Part shown: positions 1-10,812 of the stretch, one piece after another
Position numbering within the stretch: position 1 is the stretch's first letter
Layout of the letters: the number at the start of each line of letters is the position of its first letter
Translations under genes and position numbers: made by a program
The notes under the pieces: generated by a model
The model's database searches: none
What the model was told of the DNA's origin: nothing
The model's input: only the letters and a program-made list of their open reading frames with translations
Assembly: GCA_964016885.1 (NCBI GenBank)
Contig: OZ024740.1
Span: 253,270,001 to 253,334,000, forward strand
DNA length: 64,000 nt
From: Eledone cirrhosa
Taxonomy: Eukaryota
Direction of reading: 5' to 3'

Positions 1-308
1 TATCATATCTATATGTATTAGTATAATTTTATCAATATAAATATACCCATCAATTAAATTAATTTTATATCCTTTTCATAGATGTATTTTTTTCACTAAC
101 ATCCTTATCTTAAAACTCTGGTCACCTTAGATATTTGTATTGGCATTACTATTTTATAACAGCAACTGCTTGTATACCTTCTACTGACCACCTGACCTAG
201 TTTCACCCCTAAAATAAGTTTCAATTACTACTATTTTACCATTTGGCCAATTATTAACTTTCTATTGGTTAATTCTAAACCTCTTACCAAACAGACAGAA
301 TATATTTT

Positions 309-481
309 ATCTTTGTTGGTTTTATTCAATGAACAAATAAAATTATTTCTGAGGTCAACATATGACCTACTTCTTCCCTAAAGTAATCCATTATTATTGG
401 ATCTTTGTTGGTTTTATTCAATGAACAAATAAAATTATTTCTGAGGTCAACATATGACCTACTTCTTCCCTAAAGTAATCC
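309..481. repeat. Tandem direct duplication of ~81 bp
   Basis: ATCTTTGTTGGTTTTATTCAATG...CCCTAAAGTAATCC occurs at 309-389 and again at 401-481. Confidence 0.9.
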
Positions 482-666
482 TTCATTCATAATACTCTTT
501 TCCATCCAAAACTGAAATCTACCTGCCTCTACCCATAATTTAAGGTTCTCCTAATTCTATATCACTATCTTGACCCTCACTATCTCCTGATTGGTCAATT
601 CAAAACCTGTTCCCAAACAGACCTATTGTATTGAATCTTTGTTCTTATCAATAAACAAGTATCATT

Positions 667-849
667 GATTGGCAGTATCGGTAGAGGGTTTGACGCCATG
701 CTTTCCAGCATAGTTACGTCCCTTTACGATCTGAGTTCAAATCCCGCCGAGGTTTACTTTGCCTTTCATCCTTACGGGGTCGATAAAATAAAGTACCAGT
801 AATGCACTGGATAATTGCTGGCCTTGTGCCTAAAGTAGAAACAATTATT
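667..849 (+). mobile_element. tRNA-derived SINE, family 1
   Basis: A-box-like TGGCAGTATCGG, B-box GAGTTCAAATCC, body TTTGCCTTTCATCCTTACGGGGTCGATAAAATAAAGTACCAG and tail GTAGAAACAATTATT; at least 8 copies in the window. Confidence 0.85.
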
Positions 850-1057
850 TCTGAAGACAGCATATATATGTGAAGGTATGTATATTCCCTCTGATAGTTT
901 GTATGAATATTGTACATAGATCTATAGAATATGCATACCAACTCTAACACATATATATCCTAGAAACGATCGTAAAATAATGATTTTTTTTTAATATAAG
1001 GAACTGTTTTCTTTGTTTATTCATTATTTTTTTAATAATTTATATATATATATATAT

Positions 1058-4000
1058 AGCAACCATGCCTTTTGAAGTGTTCCAAAAAATGGGGCTGGAC
1101 TAATATTCTTTAGCCATCCTTGGAAACTCTTTGAGATAGTACCTAGTACGACTATGACAATCGGGACGATCTTGATCTCATGGCAGTTCCAAATCCTTTT
1201 TAACTACCACTTTAAATCCTGGTATCGGTTAATTTTCTCCCTCTCCTTTTCTTGCACCCTCGTGTCAAATGAGCAGGCTACATCAGGCACAATCTTTTTT
1301 CCTTGTCCAAAACCACCAGGTCAGGCCTATTGTGTTCTAATTTCTTGTCCGTCTGTATCCTAAAATCCCATAGCACATTCACCTGATTGTTTTCTCATTA
1401 TGCTCTTACCACTGGGTTATGCTCATATCACATCTCAGAATGTGGTAAATAGATGCCAGTGAATCACCCTGCCTATCATATCATGTCTCCAGCCTTTATA
1501 GTGAGTCTGGTCTAGGTGTTTGCACTCGGATACAATGTGAACCACAGTCTTCTCTCTCTCTCCACATATCCTACACAGTGAGCTAGCCTCCTCCTTGTCA
1601 ATATGGTGTTTCACCCACTTCATTCTGAGGGCTTGCTCTTGCGCAGCCATTAGCATTCCTTCTGTAGCTTTTTTAAGGTCTCCTCTTTTTAGCCAGTTCC
1701 ATGTCTGTGGATCTCTGAATTCCGTTTTCTTAAAGAAGGTGCTATGAAGGGATTTTTCATGAAGGTTGTTCTTCCTCCTTGTTGTTATTTCCTCCTTGGA
1801 CATCCTCTGGTCTATTGTCCTCTCCTTCAGTACAATTTTGAGCATTGGCTCCCATGTCAGTCACATATTTGTGCAGGTTGTTTTTCTCCATCTGAACACA
1901 GTCCTCTATGCTGATAAGACCTCTTCCACCTTCAGATTTCTTTAAGTAGAGTCTATCAACATCACTCCTCTTGTGGAACACGTTGTAGATAGTAATTAGC
2001 TTCCTAGTCTTCCTATCCATTTCTTTTTGTTCAGTAACATTCCATTTAGGAATTCCTGCACTGTACCTAATAATTGTTTCTACTTTTGAATAATAGACAC
2101 AACTCGGGAATTTACTGCACTTATGACATTCCTACTATTTAGATGTGATTTTAGTATATTCCTTACTCTCCTTATGTATTCAGATCTTATCAATTCCTTC
2201 ATTTTTTTTTTGTTCTTGATGTCATCTGCCTCCAGAACACCTAAATATTTGTATCCCTCTTCAGTGTCAATTTCCTTTATCATCTCACCTGGATTATGGT
2301 ACCTGGATTATGTTGCTTCTGCTCAATTTACCCTTGTTATCACTAGGACTCCACACTTATTAACACCAAATTCCATACATATATCATTGCTGAAAATACG
2401 GACAGTGTTAACAAGTACATCCAACTCCTTCTCACTCTTCCCAAAGAGTTTAAGATCGCCCATGAAGAGGAGGTGGTTGATGGTAAGCTCTCCTCTTCCT
2501 AGCATGTATCCTGCTCTCAATTTTTGCAATATGATGGACAGGGGTATCAGGGTAAGGACAAACAACAAATGGGACAAACTATCTCCCTGGAAGATACCTC
2601 TCTTGATCTTCATGGCTCGAAAGAATTCTTCATCTGATGTTATCTCTGTTTCCCAGGACTTCATACTTTTACATAATGGATATCTGATGTTGTCCTCCAC
2701 CTTGAAGTCTCTAGGCTTTTTGTTATCCAAGAATGAGGTACCATGTCGAATGCCTTTTTGTAATCTATCCATCCCATGGCAAACCAGTGTGCCTCCTCTT
2801 GCAATTCCTCATTACCAATAAGTAACTGGTCTTTTGTACCACGGGACTTCTTTCGGCATCCTTTCTGTTCGTCCGGTAACAAGTTGTTTGTGCAGAGATG
2901 ATGGTAGATATCCTCAGACACAATGCTTGTTAACAGTTTCCAGTTTACGGACAGACATGTGATAGGCCTATAATTGGTAACATCATTACCCTTGATTCGG
3001 TCTTTCATTACCAGAACTGTGGTATCTTTTGTCAACCACTTTTGGGTGGAGAGATGTTATATTTTTTATCCAATATCCTTGCACACCATCTGGGCCTGGT
3101 GATTTCCAGTTGGTTAGTTTTTTGGCCTGCTTTTTAAGAGTTTCAGCTGTGATACTCAAATCATGTTGTTGGTGTGCTTGTTCACTAATCTCCTTTTGAA
3201 CTGTCTCAATCCACACTGCCTGACTATTATGCTCAACATCCTGCTCCCATATTCCTCTCCAGAATCACGTTGTTACCTCTTTCTTTCCCGTCAAGCTGTT
3301 CAAACAACATCTTCTGGTTGTTGTCAAACATGCGGTTCTGTCTATACTGACTAACTCTGTTCTCATAGCGCCTAATCTTTGTACCTTTTGCTACAATGCG
3401 TTGCTTCAGTTCCTCTATGATAACATTTAGCTCTTTTCCCCTAGTTTTGTATTTTATTTTCAATCTATCTTTAGTGTATATGTTTGTTTTATATGTGTTG
3501 AAAATATTAAAATAGATCTGGAATTTATTGATTGTAGATATAACCATGTCCTGATACGTAAAATGTCGACCATACTTAAATATGGAATGATACGCGATGC
3601 CCCCCACCCCACCCCACCCCTGGCGGACAGAAAGGAGAAGGCGTTTCCCCGGAGGACGGTAAGGGAGACGTGCTGGAAAAGCCGCTCCAACTCGCGGGGC
3701 TCACGCCTGCTGCTGGCCAGCTCAGCGCCTATGGTGGTGAGTAGGGAGGTAGAACTAGGGCCGAGGACACCAGAAGTCTCCACTGCCAGGGGTACAACCG
3801 CAAACCTCTCGGAGAGCGACCGGTATTTGAGGAGTTTGGCCTCCTCAGCCCGACGTGCAGCACAACCTTGGTTAGTCGCAGACTGCACCAGGTTGGGGCT
3901 GCAGAAAGTGTCGGTGCAAGTGGTATTCCAGACGAGGGGTTTGCCACCGCGGAACGGGAAGATGGTCATGCCATCTGGCCTTTTGCCATCCCCTCGGTCC

Positions 4001-4916
4001 AGCTTCACCGGCTCGAGCTGGGAAGGGAAGCCTGCAGCGTCCAAGCCATGATTTATGACCTAATTGAGGGCTACATGGCGTGGAAGGCGGCCGGCACTGT
4101 GGCGACAGGAAAGCGAGTGGAGGCCGAAAGAGTCCACGGTGTCTATGTTTTGTAATGTCCCATTCAGTAAAGACTCAAGCTTTCCAATGTCTTTTCTCAT
4201 TTCCTTGATTTGACCATTCAGTCGTTTCTTCCACCAAGGTTCTGATCTTTCTTGTTTGTTGTTTCCTCTCGTTTTTATGCCAAGTAATTTCCTCACGGCA
4301 TTAGCGGTTGCTTTGAGGATATTGTTGCATTGATGAAGGTTCCTCGCCTCAAGGTATGGGATGACCTTGTTTACCTTAGCTGTTGTTTCTTTTAACTTTT
4401 TCCTGTCTAGAAATCTTAGGTCCATAGGTTTCCACTATCATTGTTCATTTCATCTACCACTAAGTTCAGAATATCAACCAAATCTTGCCCTAACGCGTCA
4501 GCATTATTTTCCTCAATGGCCGTATCTTTGTTCCAGATGTAATTTATTTCAGGATTCAGATCATTGTCTGCTTCGGATGCTTCCTCAGGTCTCTCAACCT
4601 CTTCACCTTCATTTCCCACTGGCTCGTTTGCCTGATATACTCCACTCCCCATTTCCAACTCAATCTCTCTGCTCAGTTCCTCCAGTTCCAACTTAGTTCT
4701 TATTACCCGAGCCTGACCGGCCAATTTTTGTTCACCTAATTTAAATAGACCAATCTTATTCCAGATGTTATGCATCCGTTTTCTGTAGCCTTTTCCCATG
4801 GGGTTACTTCAGGTAACATTTCATGACAGTTCTATTCAATTCTTTCGTCCAGTTGGTTCGTGTCACATTCCTTCTTCTTCCTCCAACACCAGCAGTATTT
4901 GGATGACAGCCAGGCC
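1058..4916 (-). mobile_element. R4/Dong-like RLE non-LTR retrotransposon, copy 1 (decayed, 5'-truncated)
   Basis: Fragmented ORFs with RT motifs ([47 protein letters not shown]) and CCHC knuckle CRICGERE..HIVSEC; near-identical to 10813-14260. Confidence 0.85.
3469..4141 (-). mobile_element. CRE-clade-like RLE retrotransposon 3' fragment inserted in Dong copy 1
   Basis: GC-rich block encoding GLHSLSC...RH..LN, then EP...GKRPDG, PLVW..TC.DT, AEEAKLLKY, PLAVETSG, RGNA; absent at the equivalent site of Dong copy 2 (~13310-13330). Confidence 0.75.
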
Positions 4917-4918
4917 CC

Positions 4919-4919
<1 letters not shown>

Positions 4920-4976
<57 letters not shown>
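4920..4976. repeat. (TTA)n microsatellite
   Basis: About 19 perfect TTA units. Confidence 0.95.
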
Positions 4977-7900
4977 GGCGACCTACGTAGGAAATAGTAT
5001 TATCGTGAGCTCCGCAAAGGTTTGTTGTTTTCAGTTGTTTCAAATTGCCAGTTATGGAAAAATTTTGTTGATAAGTGTTTATAAGTTCACATATATTGCT
5101 TTCTGAAAAGGACACTCAGTAATATTGGGGCCTTGAGCTAAAATTTAAACTTTATTTTATCAAACAAACATTTCTTTAAAAAGAAAAACATGGACGGCAT
5201 TCGGCTACCCAAATCTGATAACAGCATTTCTAACATAGCAGCATCTCCCATATCACCAGTGTAAACCTTGCTATGGTTGCTAACAGCAACAACAGCAGTG
5301 GCAATTATTTAGATTTGTCACGTGCAGACATGGATTTCCCGCCATTACCACTATCTAGAGGTGTTAAAGCCGCCATCTCCACCACCACAATGTCAAAGAG
5401 TACATCCAACACCACTGATACCACCACCACCACAGCAACAACTGAAATAAAAAATAAAAATAAAAAATAAAAATAAAAAATAAATTATTATCTCGTGATG
5501 TCGAAATGGATTCTCTCAAAATGGACTCTTCCACGCTGAACGCCACTGACACCACCTCCACCACCACCACCACAACAACAATTGAAACTAAAAATAATAA
5601 TAACAAAAATAACAATAACAACAACAGCAACAACAGCAACAATAAGAATAATAACAACATGAACACCAGCGCAAAACCAAATGTGTCATTTGCTAAAGCG
5701 GCAAATAAAAATGAAACGATTGAGGTAAGCCAAGAAGAATTGAATGAAGCCAAGCGAATGGTAAAAAAATATGGTTACAGGGTCAGCCTCATCCCCCCAT
5801 CTAATACCATGGAGCCTATACACCGTATCATTTCGCACAATAAATATAAAAACACGCCGAGTAGAGCGGGCATCCGAGTCCCAGATACAAAAAGCTTTGT
5901 GACATGTGTGAGCTCAAAAAACCCACATCAGACGTGGGCAAAAATATGTAACCGTGGACGTGTTCTTTGGAACCCCACAGGAAGCCAGAGAGCACTTCAT
6001 GGCTCCACTAAAAATAGCTAGGGACGAGTGTGAACTCGTCCCTAGCTATTGTGGTCAGAGGCTGGTAAGGATCAGGGTGACCCAGGTTCCGCCGGCCATT
6101 GAAATTCCCTGACTAAAGGCTGCCGTCCTCGCCGAAATCGAGACCGACACAAAAGTAATCGAGGTGATCAAAGTAAAACAGGAGACTGGTCCGGATCTGG
6201 GATGGAGCTCCTGATCCAAGCGGACCAAAAAAACATTCAGGAAATTCCAGAGGTGATAGAGCTCAATGACGGCAACCACCTCACCGTAATCGTTGAGGAT
6301 AGAAGGCCTAGGTGTGTCGTTTGTGGCGAAGGAACCCACCTAAGGAGCTTCTTCCCCCAGGCTAAAAGGTTGAGGCCACCTCTCCTGCCCACCCCAGTGA
6401 CTCAACCATCAAAACCAGCAGCAGAAATGGCAGCAACGACAACAGCAACTGTAGCAGCAACAGTAGCAAGACCAACACCACCACCACCCACTGCGCCAGA
6501 ATTAGCACCGCTGCCTCCACCATCCACCACGCCACAACCAAAACCAACGCCTGTGGGGGATTTTCCACTCCCCGACCTCTCACAACTGGAGACAGATTGT
6601 GACGACGAGGATGAGTGGGAAACTGTATCTGGAAAAAAAAAAGAAACCAGAAAAGAAAAAATGCTCTTCCTTCGCCCTCCAAAAACAAAATGTAGGGCGA
6701 AACAAACAAACTAACAAAAAAGTTAAGACAGCTATGCCACCACCCACACCAGTATCACCAACCCCATCACCACAAACACCAACACCATAACCATCACCAT
6801 CATCAACCCACAACACCACCATCACCAACACCACAAGAAACACCAACAAGCGAAACAGAAACAAACCCACAACAAACTCAAACAAAACAAAACAACCAAA
6901 CCGATACACACTACACAGCATTAAACAACCAATTATTACACTACATCCAACACAACACCAGCATCTCAGAAAAAGACTATACAACACCCCCAAAATTCAC
7001 ACCACCTCCACACATTCAAATCACTCGTATCACACAAAAAACAAACACGACACTAAAACAAAAGTTTCCCAAGGACATCGGAGACTTCCGACAAACACTC
7101 TCCAGGAGGATTTATAAGGACATCCTTCCGGAGGAGGCCACAAGCAGGAAGGATGGTATTTCCATCCTTCCTCCACAAGAAGTGAGGTAAGTGGTCTTTC
7201 CCATCTTCTTCCACTCCTTTTCAATATGACCTCACTCAGAATAGGCAGCATAAATACGCGTGGCTTGGGGTCGTTATGGAAGCAGCGTCACCTGCTCAAC
7301 GACCTCAGGTCACTAAACATAGATGTGATGGCCATCAGCCAGACCAGAATCTCCACCCGATCCTGGATGGCTGGGAGATACATATACATCGTAGCCGCCG
7401 AAGCACGAGCCTTCGCAGCGGTCTTCGGCGGCTACGATGTATATGCATCTCCCAGCCATCCAGGATCGGGTGGGGAGGAGTTGCTGTGCTTTTTCGGAGA
7501 GGCTTGGATCTCGCTATATGGGCCATCTTCCTGGACCCAGAAGGTAAATTGGTGGTGCTGGACGTGACCAGCGGAGAAGGGCAAGCTTTCAGGCTAGTGG
7601 CCGTCTATGCCCTGACAGGAGCAGGGCGGTCTGATTTCTTCCGGCGTCTGGAGACCTTTCTTGGAACGTCCCGCTCTTTAGTGTTAGTGGGCGACTGGAA
7701 CGGGATCTTACATGCATGTAAAAGCCTCGCAAACATGCTCAGACGATTTCAACTGTCTGACAGGTACCATCTGGATTTCCCGAATGTGCCAATGTGGACA
7801 TGGACAAATCGCATCGGGTCATCCAGATCATATCTAGATAGGGTATTTTGTAGGGAAATAGATAGGTCTAGCATAGGCTGTCCACAATTCAAGATAGTCG

Positions 7901-10801
7901 ACTACACGGACCACAAATTCGTGATCTGTGTGGTTGACTTAGATAGACTTCATAGACAGGGACCTGACTACTGGAAGCTAAACGCGTCGTTAACAGCGTG
8001 CAAGGCTTACAGAGACGGATTAGCGAACTAGTTAAGCGGGCGTTGACGGGGGCCATCGTCAACAACAAATGGCGGTTTGCTCTGAAAAGAGTGATTAGAA
8101 TAGAGATCCATTAGGCGTTAGCAATAGAGAAAAATAGACCAGAGGGAGAACTAGTTAGGAAATTAGACCAGGCGCTTAGTAAAAGCATCACGACCGACGT
8201 GCTTGCGGCGAAATTGGCCCTCGAAATTGGCCCTCGAAATTGCCTCGAAATTGGCCCTCGAAATTGGCACGAAGGTTGCGTTGTCAGAGCTAGGGTGCGT
8301 GCTCTCAGACACGAGGGGACGAAAGCCGTTCAATGGGCCCGAGTGGCAGAGGCGCGTCGGGGCAACAAAGCCACGATCTGGTCTTTGGTGGACCACGATG
8401 GGCGCATACTATTCAATCCTGGGCAGATGTGTGCGGCTTTTCAGCATCACTTCGCTCAGCTGTTCGGCGTCGGCGGCGGGCCGGATCGCGGGATGGACTT
8501 TAGTGCCTACCTCGATGGACTTGCGCGGCTCTCGGCCACTGAGGTGGAGTGTTGCGAAAAGCCGATAACCGTCGCTGAAGTACGGGAGGCAATGACTGGC
8601 TGCACACGGGGGAAATCGCCTGGTTTGGATGGTCTGTCCTACAAACTTTACGTACACATGCCAGACTTGTTCGGAGACCTCTTGGCGGACGTCTACTGCA
8701 ACTGGAAACAGCACGGGAGAATTCCCAGCTCTGTGAGCCGAGGAGCGGTGGCGCTGCTGAGAAAGAATCCGAACGAGGGGGATAACATAGATAATTTCAG
8801 GCCCATAACTCTGTTAAACACAGAGTTCAAGATGTTGGCCAAGGTGCTAGAAAAAAGATTGGCGCTTGTCGTTGGTGGTCTGGTGGGAGAGGCGCAGACA
8901 TGCGCCATTCCAGACAGATCCATCCACAACAACCTCCACCTCATGCGATACATTGTGGCGAGGGTAGCTAGGGAACCTGGCACGGGTGGGTCCTTGATCA
9001 ATTTAGATCAGTCGAAAGCTTTCGATGGGGTCGACCATCGTTATCTGGCGGCAGTCATGAGGGCGGCTGGGTTTGGGCCCAACTTCAGAGGCTGGATCGC
9101 TGCCATGCACAGCGACATCTGCTCTGTGGTGAGAGTGAACAGTCACCTTTCGGAACCATTCAACATCATACGCTCGGTCCGCCAATGATGTCCCCTCTCG
9201 TCCCTGTTGTACGTATTGACTCTTGAGCCATTACTGCGCAAACTGAAGACGTCGAGGGGGCTCCTGCGTGAACTGGGATGTGGAAGATCCGTGTCAGCAT
9301 ATGCAGACGATGTCACCGTAGTGGTGTCGAACGCCAAACACATCAAGGCGATCGGCACTACACTAAGAGAATACGAGGTGGTGACAGGAACCATGATCAA
9401 CCAGGAAAAGTCAGTGGGCCTGCAACTCGGCACCTGGAGAGACAGGTCCATGCCGTCCAACAGTGTCGTCGGGCGCTGGACGGACGGGACGGTTAAATTG
9501 CTAGGGGTCTGGTTCGATCCAGACCTCCAGACGGACAAAAACTGGGATGAGGTGACGAGCAGGGTGGCTTCTCTCACCCAGAAATGGGCAGAGAGGAAGC
9601 TATCTCTGAAAGATCGAGCGGAGGTGGCGGATGCGTACATCGAGTCCTTCATCTACTACCGCTTGACTGTCGTGCTTTGTCCTAAGACTCGCCTGACTGC
9701 GCTGGAGCGTTTGTTCTTTCGCCTTTTGTGGAAGGGACGCGCTTTGATAGTCAGACGGTAAATCTGCTGTCAACACCCGCTACGCGGAGGGCTGGGCATG
9801 CAGTGGCTTATGATGCGCAGACACGCGCTCAGGCTACTACATCTCCACCTCTTCCTCGATGGTGATCAGGTGTGGTCACCGTTTGCTAGACGCGTGTTTC
9901 CCCAGCTCGTCTCCTTGACGGAGCTGCAGTCCTCAGTCAAGCGAAGACCGAGAGGGAGCGCTTGGAGATTGGAATGTCTTCAGGCACTTACAGCCCTCGA
10001 CCAGTCGGGAAATGCGATCGGTGGAAACTCCACCTTGGCGTTCTATAGAGGATTAGTGTAGGGGAAGAGCGGTTACGTACTGACGTACTTGGGGAGACAG
10101 GCATGGAAGTGCCGTCAGCCGGGCATGTCCGAGATGCTTGCAGGGCGACGAAACTGTCCTGCACGCACTCGTCCAGTGTCCGAGCATTGCTGACTTGTGG
10201 GTTTATGTCGAACATCTGCTGTCGCGTGTAGGGCGGATCCGACTATCAGCTGAGACCATCGCGAGGATTGCCCCGCCCTCTTCTTTTAGTCAGGAAGAGC
10301 AGGCAGTTTTTATCTGTCTGGTGGCCATGGCGAAAGAGATAGTGTGGTGGACGCGTTTGAAAGGGCTGAAGACGAGCACTTACCTCTTCGGTGATGCCCT
10401 GATTAACTTTTTCAAATTTCATTTGAAAAGGAAAATCAGGGTAGAGAGGGAAGTGCTCTCTTCCCAGCATTTTGTTGAAAGATGGATGAGAGAGACAAGA
10501 ATGGCCCGAGTGAATGGACCTACTCTGAGTATGTGCCTGTAAATTGAAGGTGGAAAACTGGGAGAGGGCACTTGCCCTGGTGGTCAGGGTCACCGTGGCT
10601 TTTTTAATGGGCTTTCGCCTCGAATGTCCCTCGGAAGCCTCCCCCCTATTGGGGAATTTTTCATTGTTTCTTTTTTTGTTACATCCTCTGTTTTTTGGGG
10701 GTTTTTTACACGCAGAAATGCCCATTTGTACAGTCCTGTACCGTCCTGTGTTGTCCTTAATGTTATACTTTGTGTCAACCCTTGTGGTTAATAAAGAAAG
10801 C
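4977..10801 (+). mobile_element. Tx1/L1-clade LINE, copy 1 (near full length, frameshifted)
   Basis: Low-complexity ORF1 with CVVCGEGTHLRSF knuckle remnant. ORF2 from ATG 7226 has APE (SINTRGL, VLVGDWN, SYLDR, TDH) and RT (KSPGLDG, FRPITLLN, DQSKAFD, AYADD). Ends CCCTTGTGGTTAATAAAG; ATT repeats flank both sides. Confidence 0.85.
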
Positions 10802-10812
10802 ATTATTATTAT

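Noticed and set aside
667-760. SINE heads as functional tRNA genes
   Set aside because: A and B boxes are present but there is no full cloverleaf; they are followed by a shared body and tail, some with TSDs.
4798-5753. Poly-Leu/Val ORFs resembling membrane proteins
   Set aside because: They are translations of (TTA)n and antisense AAC/ACC repeats of the LINE ORF1 region.
8210-8268. GAAATTGGCCCTC x4 as a CRISPR-like or regulatory array
   Set aside because: A 13-bp slippage expansion in LINE ORF2, with no spacers, in a eukaryotic context.
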